A stretch of 62,349 nt of DNA, counting the filler, from Candidatus Woesearchaeota archaeon (GTDB taxonomy: Archaea; Nanobdellota; Nanobdellia; Woesearchaeales; DATGWN01): the NCBI GenBank assembly GCA_047603125.1. It is 5 parts of 5 records of this genome, joined end to end, with 100 filler letters (N's around TTAATTAATTAA, not from the genome) between each part and the next. Parts side by side here need not be neighbours in the genome. Positions count along the whole stretch, not along the records: positions 26,728 to 53,037 come from JBLKOU010000011.1; 4 more parts are not named here. One strand, given 5' to 3'. Shown here one piece after another: positions 38,101-46,639 of this stretch. The position numbers and the translations under genes are program-made. The notes beneath the pieces are model-generated. The model saw only the letters and a list, made by a program, of their open reading frames with translations. It did no database searches and was not told the origin of the DNA. Numbering within the stretch: the first letter of the stretch is position 1; each line of letters starts with the position of its first letter.

Positions 38101-40659
38101 TTGGATTGGGTCAAAAAAATTATCAGCTGGCTTTTACTTCTTCTTCTTTTATACAAAGTTGATTTGACAAAGGTGTTGTTTAATTATACTAAGCAATGGC
38201 TGAATGTGACATTGCTTGGGGCGATGTTTTTGATGCATTTGCAAGGTCTTATTCAATTTGCACAGGCTTTGCGCTTTGATGCGCGCACAGCCTTTGTTTT
38301 TGACTTGTATCAATGGATATTAGCAAATGAATATGTTTTTTCAGTCATCCTGTTTAGTATAGGGACGGGCACATTACTTTTGATATCGCTGTACATTGGC
38401 TTTTTTATGCCAATTCGCGAAGGTTCGTTATATTTTACTCTCTCACGGCATCCGCACGCACATACAGTCTTGCAAAAAATCAAGCGAAGTGTTATTACCT
38501 TTATACTGTTGATGATTTTTTTCTTTACCATATTTAATCGGATGATGGAGTGGCTTGCAATTGCTATTGATGCGGCGGTTTTCATGCTTGCATTGATTAT
38601 ACTGCTTGCAGCAATTTTACAAACGAAATTTCACGATACAAAAACGCGAACACATCATCATATTCACAATATTTTTGCCAATAATTCAATATTGCTTATT
38701 CTCTTTGCATGGTATATTGGTTCGTTTTTCATCCCACTCCTTGAACCAATGTATGCGCAGATGGCACTTGGTGCACTCATTGCACTACTCGTGTTTGTCG
38801 TTTTGATAACCAGTATTTATTCCTACAAACATCACTTTCAAGAACTCAAGCATGTATCGACTGCAGTTGATACCATTTATGTAAAATTTGTCAAACTCTT
38901 TGAATATCCACATACGCTCTTTTTAGGAATTTCAGGATTACTTGTATTACAACATATTGTAGAAATAGGGTTGTATTTAATTCCAAATATTACTGGACAG
39001 GCAGGCTCAATTTACTCTCATGTACATAAAAATACACTCTTTTCTTTGTTTGGTGAGACAAGTATTGTTAGTGAGCATTTGTTTACACTCTCATTAAATG
39101 AGGCGTACTTGTATTCGTTTTTATATTTGACAAGCTTTTTGGGTTTTATTTTACTCTTTTCTATTCCAGCAATTATTTGGACTGTGTATTTTGTTCATAG
39201 ACAAGTCCATTTTACAAATGTGAGTTTGAGTGAGTATTTAACCAAAAAAACAACGAGTGCAAAAGTGTTACGTGCTGTTGCTGTTGTAGGAATTCCTTTT
39301 ATTGTAACTGCGCTTGTCAGTCAAATATTATATATACGCCAAGTACAAACACTCTCATTAGTTGGCATTGAAATTCTTGCGCAAAAGTCACCGGTTCAGC
39401 CAACAACAATTCTGTTTTTACTCATTGGTATGCTCGTGTACATACCCATTGCCTATGCACTGCGAACAAAGCCTGCTCTGACATATAGTACCATCTGGTT
39501 TGGAGTGGCAACGCTCATGTATATGTACATGATTCCCTATCTTGATTCTACAATGCGGTACTTGTTGCAGACAGTCTCAGCCCCGACAAATTTAGAATCA
39601 GTACTCTTGCTATTTGTCTTTGTCTTTTTTAGTATTGATGTATTGATTATTTATGGTCTGGGGCTTTTGATACTGATTTTGTTTACGCTTCCTAAAACTA
39701 TTAAGCACGCGATTATTCGAGTAATTTCCAAACGAGGCCCATTACATCGAATGAATGCGCTCTCAATGCATATGAGCCATTTGGATTATTTTGACTATGC
39801 ACGATTCCATTTTGTAGGGAATCTCAAACACCATCTTAAACACTATGTACAAGCAGAGCAAAAAAGGGGGCATCATTTAGAAACGATTATTTTACAATTA
39901 AAATTGCATCAATATCCAGACTCGCTCATACATCATGCGATTGAAGATATATTAGAAGACCCTAAATCTAAAAAACAACTCACCCATATGCGACCGGAAC
40001 ACATTGATGCGGATAAAGTAAAACATCTTGTTCCCCTCATTCGAAAAGATCTCAAGCATAAAGAAACATTGCTTGAAATTTTTGAAGAGTATGAGGATGA
40101 ATACTCATACCCTGAAATAAAACTTGCAATGCGCTTGGCAAAAAACACGATTCGGGGTAATATACACTCCTCACAGGTCAAATATGTCGAGCTTCAAGAA
40201 ATAAAAGAAATTATTTTGTATTTACAACAAAAAGAGGATGTGGAGCAGTTTGCTCTTAAAGGCTATGATCCCTCATTTATGCAATTGCGTGCTAATGCAA
40301 AAGACGCAAGCCATAATCCACAAAAAGCACAATTGCTTACTACTATTTTAGAAGAATGGGTTATTAAGCAACAACAAATTCATACAGTCATACAAATTTT
40401 AAAAGATTACAGTGCAAACGAGATTTTGTATGCTTGTGATTACATACTCACCCATAAAGATCAGCGGGAAAAATGGAAGCAAGATGTGCAAAAAATTCAA
40501 CAAATGATAGATTGGATTGAACATGCAAAGCAGCAAGGTCTGACAGCCGATCATATTCGAGTGGAATTGCAAAATGCAGGCTGGTCAAAACAACAAATTG
40601 AGTTAGCGTTTCAAAAAATACATGCACACCATATTTTCACACATACCAAAGATGATTAA
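32101..40659 (+). CDS. Giant (2852 aa) surface protein: two FG-GAP/FN3-like modules, Ig-like stalk, multi-pass membrane domain, cytoplasmic helical repeats
   Basis: Signal peptide, many NxS/T sequons, DINKNGFFDLL, DLDNSGLKDIL, DLDNDGDIDII, DITGNNLPEL; more than 10 TM helices in the C-terminal third. Confidence 0.85.
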   Translation: MRKGVFLGVCIVLCTIFLAYSFHSQDVLDDLTINYTFTGDSDFLYVNKSIFFNATIYNTTNPSQIFSNDTFMCFVNVSSPFSLEEMSFTNNQFVLQTEFTQTIPLAQYSIYCNSTQFDSFETQSHNFTISEQFRPIVRSIDLDNQNYSLYSWIAQPVYVAFYNLTQFNQNSNQSTLSDALCTLEYGGVEFNLSESSVPGIYANDSVYFDTFGNLSVLLSCEIDSQMYNWNQTVEVLEYKSKFEAFDFEFGSAFDSAGKPNLILFIDLLIYSHDTPGNHYYSVFNTTLNSLVVNNASGLNLNTIFSIISPSKILNFGSQGSVSRIHSIFNQGDSVILNESVFSNAAGYFLTTLDINNEGDFESMVFFRNTSVRQNYVVEESGIYRKLNATGLTDGAICYEDINKNGFFDLLLFGSTGAGLETKIYFNNGTHFNQSLDLGLGFRHGSCHIGKFLENNEINFMILGEFFTGSAFVNQLLLFNSTENLLNNQPDLNGRIPIEPLSHTDIFVADLDNSGLKDILICGQNQSGDYKTYFLKQNMTNPGFFYVLDEFDHPNVHKCSISATHLTDSTALEIAIGGIGAEPQDNQIKVYKNIPPRALPNPQPPTITNLSWNNQTNQLYIEWEPTDSMHSYNLKAMYLNQTVIMSGFYPLSTHPAQGYLGNMRYRTNVTLNNIENGLVQVGVQTFDQALRKSEWSIKTNQCQPPQGSSYWIINEYCLILNETLPALNITVTENGLVDFINDFSSPQTNITVHGQIRAKHLDVQNIIYNTTNTLTLNTSASVTALKPARIEKSNITTLIAKANSTLFDSQVQHVTVYDPYQVNDTIATVFSYINQFSQQVTDVLQNSTGVFTTNTTQTLLRQTFTNSSVNPNNITITFTKPPLYYNSTQSIQPEPNKTIILTRNPLPDIGVFQSNVNQTLLQHDGALDLQTFSQFPNFTVEIPDLARINWLHPINVSFLNLNDSIQIEENLISVNHSQLNASANITFFNLSYLTKPLLLKNGEICQDCLNQTYQDNTFSSIVSGFSTYQTQQNAQLSFETTSLAVVNQTFDIRVRYVQSQNTNNPVENATCLFETNDKSIPLSLNGSFYTNQTIFNTTSESIFANISCSALNFEPLNLTQEIQVIDNGLFFVRTDDVYEGVERSSAGVFGKYLYYQGILNSILKEYINKTLISSSFVSNIENKPFSLTDLNNDGQMQKINLGQQIVNTPSDWTTLTNGAFITADLDNDGDIDIIYCGNQRFGILENRFAQNQHDTLEFINHPYPEFGLSRCSLAYTVFNNTKYVAAQGRNKSDDNKLFLFKIEENLNLTNLSTTANLGDGEIYFTNINNDDNIELITTGTRTSTSGFETNVFTIINNSLHNSTFTIPEHYIQSSIISVKLQNETYPLIIISGTNLGESADPPHINAYQYNGTDLEKRNDLIQDVPPFSRGSAFFADITGNNLPELFITGSGTAQLFTLFDTEHQLVGVQPSAPQNLSASYNPTTQELFIEWSEVPNATYQLQVGETSRPHRFVSSATGSSTNPTQNQQGNMFSQTNITLQNMPNTCYQIRVQAISPSYIQSDWQILKDYNKRSGFDSAGKYDINCDGDYRDTTAGGPPSPLDRATGAAITPGEPSGEGTVQPPPESGSEEESQEQPQPQEPQQTQSQGSFITKPFEQFFEIEYRNERTYVIETIQKIERTKKTDIIIRKEFPTTTLQSASLLQSRTPIIIQRENPIIDFFIGDLDYLEQYRMQYSLPGTIEEHQIRAVQTVMLADQQYTQEQIELLEQEQEEIANRAVNTSITETQVGDNTVFTIRVDLQDDVDTVRNVEIEQYIPKCLIEEVNELILRTGIDENYINNVQIKEADPIIVWTFEELRAGEEFTFTLPVLRDEDCLDQTRIRTLAQDFIGAHYEINQKNLLLSLLLTAGIFLLFLLLFTSITRANRYDANYLITQQKRHGFTDEQIFHNLQENRFIEITKEQIQKHKATFTHHITTRGVEIFIFLTLVILNTLDFAGMIPGYLDWVKKIISWLLLLLLLYKVDLTKVLFNYTKQWLNVTLLGAMFLMHLQGLIQFAQALRFDARTAFVFDLYQWILANEYVFSVILFSIGTGTLLLISLYIGFFMPIREGSLYFTLSRHPHAHTVLQKIKRSVITFILLMIFFFTIFNRMMEWLAIAIDAAVFMLALIILLAAILQTKFHDTKTRTHHHIHNIFANNSILLILFAWYIGSFFIPLLEPMYAQMALGALIALLVFVVLITSIYSYKHHFQELKHVSTAVDTIYVKFVKLFEYPHTLFLGISGLLVLQHIVEIGLYLIPNITGQAGSIYSHVHKNTLFSLFGETSIVSEHLFTLSLNEAYLYSFLYLTSFLGFILLFSIPAIIWTVYFVHRQVHFTNVSLSEYLTKKTTSAKVLRAVAVVGIPFIVTALVSQILYIRQVQTLSLVGIEILAQKSPVQPTTILFLLIGMLVYIPIAYALRTKPALTYSTIWFGVATLMYMYMIPYLDSTMRYLLQTVSAPTNLESVLLLFVFVFFSIDVLIIYGLGLLILILFTLPKTIKHAIIRVISKRGPLHRMNALSMHMSHLDYFDYARFHFVGNLKHHLKHYVQAEQKRGHHLETIILQLKLHQYPDSLIHHAIEDILEDPKSKKQLTHMRPEHIDADKVKHLVPLIRKDLKHKETLLEIFEEYEDEYSYPEIKLAMRLAKNTIRGNIHSSQVKYVELQEIKEIILYLQQKEDVEQFALKGYDPSFMQLRANAKDASHNPQKAQLLTTILEEWVIKQQQIHTVIQILKDYSANEILYACDYILTHKDQREKWKQDVQKIQQMIDWIEHAKQQGLTADHIRVELQNAGWSKQQIELAFQKIHAHHIFTHTKDD
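37072..37681 (+). repeat. Direct repeat copy B (~610 bp)
   Basis: Near-identical to 30376-30985, in the same reading frame. Confidence 0.92.
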
Positions 40660-41555
40660 TCTTTTCGTTGATTAAAAAATGTGAGCTCAGGTGTAGATTC
40701 TGTTAATCGTAAATCAAGTGGGAGCGGTGTTTTTTCAGCTAATTCTTTTGGTATTTGTACAGTAACATTCCACGGATTTAATTTATAGTGTTCAATAATT
40801 GGATCGTGGCGCTTTGGTTGAGAAACAGGTTGGGTTTGATAGGAATTATGATTTGTAAATTGTTGTGATAATCGCTCATTCCATTTTGTATCTATGTGGT
40901 GACCTACAAGAAATGTTCCAAATGCCATCGTTGCAGCAACAGCAAGTCCTTTTAATCCATAAGTAATTGGTCTTTCCAGTCTATCTGTTAATGGGACGGG
41001 ATATCTGGATTCGTATCGAACACGTGAAGGATTACCTGCTGACCGTATTAACGTTTGATATGCTTCTTTTGGTGGGCCTTGTGATACTTCTTTTTCAGGA
41101 TGTGTTTGTTTCCACTGGGAGAATCCATTTGCAGTTGCTAATGGTTTAGGTGAATTGTCTGAAAAAGTCACGAGTTGTGTTTTCTTTGGTGAAGCAATGA
41201 GAGCAAGTTGCGTTTCTTGCGGTGTTAAGTATGAGTCCAATGTTTGTTGGATGGATGAGAAACTTGTTGAGAAGCGTTTATATGTATGACGTGCAATTGC
41301 AAGCATTGAGTCAACTGTTTTATAGATTTCATCTTTTTGTTTGTGACCATGTGCCTTTTTGAGTTGTTTGTGTAAAAAGCTTTCAATGTCGTGCTCTCGT
41401 TGTTTGTATGAGCCACCCTTTGCAAATATATCTGTTAAACCTTTCACTGTTCGACCCTTTAATGAATTACGCTGTGCACCATCAAAGAGGTGAATTTGTG
41501 CGTCATGGGCCAAATAGTTTTCGAGCCTATTACGTAGTCGTGTATATGATTGCAT
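40656..41555 (-). CDS. Hypothetical single-TM protein
   Basis: 299-aa ORF with one hydrophobic segment (GLAVAATMAFGTFLV); TATA about 25 nt upstream. Confidence 0.6.
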   Translation of the reverse strand: MQSYTRLRNRLENYLAHDAQIHLFDGAQRNSLKGRTVKGLTDIFAKGGSYKQREHDIESFLHKQLKKAHGHKQKDEIYKTVDSMLAIARHTYKRFSTSFSSIQQTLDSYLTPQETQLALIASPKKTQLVTFSDNSPKPLATANGFSQWKQTHPEKEVSQGPPKEAYQTLIRSAGNPSRVRYESRYPVPLTDRLERPITYGLKGLAVAATMAFGTFLVGHHIDTKWNERLSQQFTNHNSYQTQPVSQPKRHDPIIEHYKLNPWNVTVQIPKELAEKTPLPLDLRLTESTPELTFFNQRKD

Positions 41556-41587
41556 AAAGTGGGAGGAATACTGAGGGGTTTATAAAA

Positions 41588-42169
41588 TTACTCCTTTGAA
41601 GAGACTACTTCTCGTCGGGCCTGTTTGAGAGCTTGTACATACCAAAAAAAATCCTCAAGGAAGATATCGATGCGTTTTTTATATGCTTGATCTAGAAGTG
41701 TTGCATCTTCTCCAATTGTTTTTTTTACGAAGCTTATAAGGAGTGGTTGAGGTGTTGGGATTGCATCAAGTTCACTAATCACGGGTCGTATTGCCTCATT
41801 TGCACGAATTCCACCAAACATTGATGCGCTGTAGCTGACAATTCCAAATGGTTTTTTTTCATATTCGGGCATGAACATATCAAGCAGGTTTTTTATTGCA
41901 CCGCTAAAACTATGATTGTATTCAGGGGTTATGACAAGAAACCCATCGGATTTTGTGAGTTTATTTGAAATAGCGCGAATTGATTCATCTGGCGAATCTT
42001 GGTGATGTGAGGTTTCTTGTAAGTATAAGAGTTGTGGTGCTTTAACAGGATCAATGAGGTGAACAGTGTGTCCGCGGCTTTGCAGTATTTGTTCTAAGAG
42101 TTTACCTACACGATCTCCTGCTCGATTTGTTCTTGTGCTTCCAACAAGAATGGCTATTGTATAGTTCAT
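41588..42169 (-). CDS. NADPH-dependent FMN reductase
   Basis: GSTR, TPEYNHSFSGAIKNLLD, GGIRA. Confidence 0.92.
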   Translation of the reverse strand: MNYTIAILVGSTRTNRAGDRVGKLLEQILQSRGHTVHLIDPVKAPQLLYLQETSHHQDSPDESIRAISNKLTKSDGFLVITPEYNHSFSGAIKNLLDMFMPEYEKKPFGIVSYSASMFGGIRANEAIRPVISELDAIPTPQPLLISFVKKTIGEDATLLDQAYKKRIDIFLEDFFWYVQALKQARREVVSSKE

Positions 42170-42181
42170 GATGTTAAAAAA

Positions 42182-42679
42182 TTATATTTTTGTTCGTTTC
42201 TTTTCTATGACATGCACAAATTCCTTTTGAAAAATGGCATTATTTGGAATATGAATGAGATTTCCTTTTTTATCTTCGAGTATTGTGAAAAAGAGTGTGA
42301 TTTCATCCACCCGTCCTTCGATTTTTGCATGCAAGAATCGAATATGTGAGTCAATAACAAAGGGTTTTGTAACAAATAGAATGATTGCGCAAATAATATT
42401 GCTTAAAATACTCCATACTGCAACAAATCCTATTGCAATGAGCCCCAGTACACTTACCATTGCAAACCGGAGGCTTTGAATTTGATATCCAAATATGATA
42501 AGAATATATCCTACAAGAACAATGAGAAATGAAACGCGATTGAGTTTTCGTAAAATGGAACGTTGTTGCCGATTTTTTTGTCGGGAAACAAGATGTGAGA
42601 CGAATAAATAAATTATAATGAGAAGAAGAAACCCACTACTAAACGCAAATAATTGAAAAAAAGAAAAAGAAGAAAACAT
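42182..42679 (-). CDS. Small mechanosensitive channel (MscS family, short)
   Basis: Three TM helices, LSNIICAIILFVTKPF, EGRVDEITLFFT, IPN. Confidence 0.8.
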   Translation of the reverse strand: MFSSFSFFQLFAFSSGFLLLIIIYLFVSHLVSRQKNRQQRSILRKLNRVSFLIVLVGYILIIFGYQIQSLRFAMVSVLGLIAIGFVAVWSILSNIICAIILFVTKPFVIDSHIRFLHAKIEGRVDEITLFFTILEDKKGNLIHIPNNAIFQKEFVHVIEKKRTKI

Positions 42680-42682
42680 CGC

Positions 42683-43114
42683 CTATTCAACGATTTCTTC
42701 CACTGTCACTGAAAAAGTCAGTGTTTTTCCTGCAAGTGGATGATTTAAGTCAAGTGTGACATCTTTTTCTTCCACTTTTGTAATTTTTGCAGGAAATTGC
42801 TGTCCGTTTGGAAGTGCAACGCCAATTGTCATGCCCACTTTTGGATCAGGGACTGAGCCCATTTTCTCTTTTGGAATGACTTGAATAAGTTGCTCATTGA
42901 AATTTCCATACGCTTTTTCAGGTGGAATAGTAATGTCTTTTTTCTCACCTACTTGCATACCCTCAACACCCTGCTCAAAGCCTGGAATTACTTGCTTTTC
43001 ACCAACTTTAAATTGGAGGGGCTGACCATGCTTTTGTGAAGAGTCAAACACTGTGCCATCTTCTAGCTTTCCTTCATATGATACTTTGATAGTATCACCT
43101 TGTTTTACTGTCAT
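42683..43114 (-). CDS. slyD: FKBP-type peptidyl-prolyl isomerase (SlyD-like)
   Basis: YEGKLEDGTVFDSS, VIPGFE, PPEKAYG, DLNHPLAGKTLTF. Confidence 0.93.
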   Translation of the reverse strand: MTVKQGDTIKVSYEGKLEDGTVFDSSQKHGQPLQFKVGEKQVIPGFEQGVEGMQVGEKKDITIPPEKAYGNFNEQLIQVIPKEKMGSVPDPKVGMTIGVALPNGQQFPAKITKVEEKDVTLDLNHPLAGKTLTFSVTVEEIVE

Positions 43115-43190
43115 AGGTATATGCAAATAGTTTCTCATATAAAAAGGTAATTGTCTGTGATTTTACGAGAAAAATGGCGGATTCTCTTTT

Positions 43191-44216
43191 CTATCGCTTA
43201 AATAAGAAGGTATCACAGCTATGAACGAATCGTTTGTAGTCCTCAAAGTTTGGGAGTCGTTCGAGTCCTCGCAGACGATGTTCTGTATGTTCATATTGAA
43301 CACCATGCCAAGGACGATGCGTAAAATCACGCTCAGAGATATTGACTGATCGAAATCGCGGTGTATCAAGTCCATAGGATATTTTGCTTTGTGTTTGTAA
43401 ACGTGTCATGGATTTTTTTTGAGATGTATAGACGGTTTTGAGCACATGCAACGTGCGCGCAATATCGAGAATACCATTAAATGCACGTCCTTTTCGAATA
43501 CCAAGTTGTTCAAGCATAACATCGTATTTTCCCGGTGTTTGATCTCGAAGTTTACGTCCTTGCTCATCATAGCTTAGATCTCCAAGAATTTCATATGCTC
43601 TTCTATTTTCAAGTGTTGCATCACTCGTTGGTGCATGTAAGAATCCTTGCCAATATTCGATGACATTTGTCGGGGCGCTAAGCATTTCAACGGTTCTACA
43701 CGCCAAATAATTATTTATATCGTGTGTGACATTGCCACAACCAAAATCATTGACAAAGAGTACATCGGGTTGTTTTGTTTTTAGAATGGTTTGGAGATGT
43801 TTGGTTATTTTTTGTGCTAAGTCAAATCCTTTTTTCGGATCAGAATCAATGAGTGCTTCGTAAACTGCTCGCTCATCAACAAGTGCTTGGTCGGTAAATA
43901 TATGTCCGGCATATAGAAGGGATTTAAATAATTCGTTTTCCCGTTTATGAGCAAATTCTTTTCGAGATGGGCCATGAATATCGGGCTCATATCCCTGTGT
44001 TCCATTGGTGAGAAGAGTAAACGATGATGACACGGCAGGGTTTGCTGCCATTTCTCTAATTGTTTTGTAAAACGCAAGTTCATCATCGGGATGAGTAATA
44101 AGGACATGTGTACGAAGTGGTGTGGTGTATCCAGACCAGAAGCGATGACGGATGGGGCGCAGTAACAGTGAATTGAGTGTTGCTCCAGCAAGTGCTCGTA
44201 CTTGTCCTTTTCTCAT
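43191..44216 (-). CDS. PIG-L/LmbE family deacetylase-like protein
   Basis: THPDDE motif, LTNG, RENEL, THD. Start at ATG 44216 fits a TATA box at about 44240-44247. Confidence 0.7.
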   Translation of the reverse strand: MRKGQVRALAGATLNSLLLRPIRHRFWSGYTTPLRTHVLITHPDDELAFYKTIREMAANPAVSSSFTLLTNGTQGYEPDIHGPSRKEFAHKRENELFKSLLYAGHIFTDQALVDERAVYEALIDSDPKKGFDLAQKITKHLQTILKTKQPDVLFVNDFGCGNVTHDINNYLACRTVEMLSAPTNVIEYWQGFLHAPTSDATLENRRAYEILGDLSYDEQGRKLRDQTPGKYDVMLEQLGIRKGRAFNGILDIARTLHVLKTVYTSQKKSMTRLQTQSKISYGLDTPRFRSVNISERDFTHRPWHGVQYEHTEHRLRGLERLPNFEDYKRFVHSCDTFLFKR

Positions 44217-44276
44217 ATTCTGTGGAATCTTGGGGTTGTTTATATAAGTTCTTGTGGTTTTTGTGAGAACAAGCAT

Positions 44277-44939
44277 CTAATTTTTCTTTTGATGGGATAT
44301 TTGGTCAAGCTGTGTGCTATCTAATCTTCTTAAATTTATGTACATGTCTGATTCTTTTCTCATTTCTACTGAAGTCACGCTTTCATCTCCAAAAATAATA
44401 ACATGTTTTCCAAGGTTTTTTGTTGTTCGAACAGATTCAATCAAGTCAATATCTCCGGATAAGACGACTGCGATATCAAAAGTATTTTTATATGCGAATT
44501 CAACTAAGTCCACTGCAAGTTGCACATCTACGCCTTTTTGAAAAATTTTCAGTGTAGATGGGCTAAACTGTAGTGGTTTATCTCTAATTTCAAAATAATA
44601 GTAATCTCGAGCTAATTGCAAGAATTCTGTTTGAATTTTTTTACTTTTTTTTGCTTTCTCAATCATATTTTGTAAAGCGTTTTTTCGTTCAGGATTCGTT
44701 TCTTTTTTTAGCGATTTTTCCATACGATTAATAAGGTTTTCAGTATATTTGCCAGTATAATAATATGTTCGTAAGTGATGAACTGAGCAGTTTTTATATT
44801 GCAAATTTTTTTGAAGGTATTCAATAACAAAGGTGTTAATTTTGTAATAATCAACATACCGAAACTGCTTTCTGGATTTAGAGACATTTGAAAGCCCGCT
44901 CGTAAAATTATCTGCATCTATGAGAATGATTGTTTTCAT
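44277..44939 (-). CDS. NYN domain (LabA/DUF88, PIN-fold) nuclease
   Basis: IDADNF, QKGVDVQLAVDL, LSGDIDL. Confidence 0.92.
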   Translation of the reverse strand: MKTIILIDADNFTSGLSNVSKSRKQFRYVDYYKINTFVIEYLQKNLQYKNCSVHHLRTYYYTGKYTENLINRMEKSLKKETNPERKNALQNMIEKAKKSKKIQTEFLQLARDYYYFEIRDKPLQFSPSTLKIFQKGVDVQLAVDLVEFAYKNTFDIAVVLSGDIDLIESVRTTKNLGKHVIIFGDESVTSVEMRKESDMYINLRRLDSTQLDQISHQKKN

Positions 44940-44944
44940 GTTAA

Positions 44945-44992
44945 TAAAAAAAAGAGGATTTACAATCCCACGGTTGTGAGATCATCCCCTTT
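44945..44992 (-). promoter_or_regulatory. Leader hairpin plus U-tract upstream of the NYN gene
   Basis: Minus strand AAAGGGGAT-g-ATCTCAC-aacc-GTGGGAT-tgtaa-ATCCTCTTT then a T-run, a few nt before ATG; fully paired only with G-U on this strand. Confidence 0.6.
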
Positions 44993-45075
44993 ACGATTTC
45001 ATTATTAGTATGAATTAGTAGTGTTTTTTTCTTTATAAATTTGTCGCTTCTTTTTTTGAAAAAAGTATTTACCCT

Positions 45076-46281
45076 TCAAAGTCCGTCAAGAATTGTCTGG
45101 GCGCTAAATGGTTGTAAATCATCGTATGTTTGACCATCAGCTAAAAATAAAATTGGCTTTTGCGTGACGTACGAAATAGAAAGAGCTGCACCGCCTTTTT
45201 TATCCACATCTGATTTTGTTAAAATGATTGCATCAATTCCAATAGCATCATTGAATTGCTGTGCCTGCTCAACACAATCATTTCCAGTAATACTCTCGCC
45301 CACAAAAATAGTCACATGGGGTTTGACAACGCGTTTGAGCTTTGTTAATTCATCCATGAGATTTGTGTTTGAGTGGAGTCTTCCAGCAGTGTCAAGCAAG
45401 ACAACATCAAGTTTTTTAGATTTTGCATGAGATACGGCATCATAGGCGACTGCGGCAGCATCACTGCCATATTCGTGTCGGATGAGTTTGACACCAAGTT
45501 TTGTTGCGTGTTCTTGTAATTGGTCAATTGCAGCTGCACGAAATGTATCACATGCCCCAAGGACACAGCTTTTGTTGTTTTTTAAAAAGTAGTGTGTGAG
45601 TTTTGCAAGCGTAGTTGTTTTTCCAGAACCATTAATACCAACAACCATGATGATGAGTGGTTGTTGTGTACTTTTGAGTAAGTCAATGGGTTCTTGTGAG
45701 AGTATTTGAGTAATTGTTTGTGTTAATGTTTGTGAGACCAGCTCTTCAATTTGTGATCGGGAAATTTGTTTTCCGACAAGGGCTGTTTGTAAATTTTCTT
45801 TTAATTTTTCAATGACTTGCACAGCAACATTATTTTCTAATAATTCCATTTCTAATTCAAAAAAGATCGAATCGAATTGTTCTTGAGTGAGTATTTTTTT
45901 TGTAAAGGTTTGTGTGACTTTTGTAAAAAATGAGGTTGAGGGTTTTTCTTGTGCTTTCTGAGAGACAGTTGGGATAACTTTTTCTTCTTTTTTGATCTCA
46001 AGTGGCTTTTCTTTTGGTGGGGGAATGGGTGTTTTTTGTTCAACAGTGAGTGGTTTTTCTTCTTTTTTTGGAGAGATTTTTTCAACAATTGTTTCTTTTT
46101 TTTGCTTTTCAGGTTCTTTTTTCTTAACAGGCTTTTTTGGTGTCTCTTTTTTTTGTTCAACAACAGCGGGTTGTTCTTGTTGTTCTTCCACTTCGACTGT
46201 TTTCTCCTCTGCTGTTTGATCAACAGATTGTGAGAATTTACTGACTGCACTTTTGAGTTTGTCCTTTAAGAATTTAAACAT
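45076..46281 (-). CDS. ftsY: SRP receptor FtsY
   Basis: GINGSGKTTT, DTFRAAA, DTAGR, TKSD, KGGAA; charged N-terminal extension. Confidence 0.96.
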   Translation of the reverse strand: MFKFLKDKLKSAVSKFSQSVDQTAEEKTVEVEEQQEQPAVVEQKKETPKKPVKKKEPEKQKKETIVEKISPKKEEKPLTVEQKTPIPPPKEKPLEIKKEEKVIPTVSQKAQEKPSTSFFTKVTQTFTKKILTQEQFDSIFFELEMELLENNVAVQVIEKLKENLQTALVGKQISRSQIEELVSQTLTQTITQILSQEPIDLLKSTQQPLIIMVVGINGSGKTTTLAKLTHYFLKNNKSCVLGACDTFRAAAIDQLQEHATKLGVKLIRHEYGSDAAAVAYDAVSHAKSKKLDVVLLDTAGRLHSNTNLMDELTKLKRVVKPHVTIFVGESITGNDCVEQAQQFNDAIGIDAIILTKSDVDKKGGAALSISYVTQKPILFLADGQTYDDLQPFSAQTILDGL

Positions 46282-46639
46282 CTTTTTTCTCCTCCTTATG
46301 AATATCATCGAGTTGTTTTGATATATCTTGTAATTGTGTTACGAGTTTTTCTTGATATGCGCGAAGTGACGTTAATTCCTCTTGTAAGAATGTTATCATC
46401 TCATCCTTATTTTTTGTCACTGCTGTATTTGCTCCAACAAATGTGATAAACTCATTGGTGTTTGTAAGTGTTGCCGGAGTAAAAATACCATCGCTGACAG
46501 GAATGAGCACTTCAGGTTGTGTTTGAATTTTTTCAACAGCACTTATCGCCAGTGTAGTTTTATGAATTTGCGTATCAAATGTTTCTAATTTTTGTGAAAG
46601 TGTTTGAATACGTCGTTCGAGCTGTTCATATGCGTTCAT
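46274..46639 (-). CDS. pfdA: Prefoldin alpha subunit
   Basis: Coiled coils around EVLIPVSDGIF...FVGANTAV; located between aIF6 and ftsY. Confidence 0.85.
   Translation of the reverse strand: MNAYEQLERRIQTLSQKLETFDTQIHKTTLAISAVEKIQTQPEVLIPVSDGIFTPATLTNTNEFITFVGANTAVTKNKDEMITFLQEELTSLRAYQEKLVTQLQDISKQLDDIHKEEKKDV

Noticed and set aside
45852..46250. Lys-rich and Phe-rich short ORFs over ftsY, and other nested ORFs in the track
   Set aside because: Shadow frames of well-supported genes.
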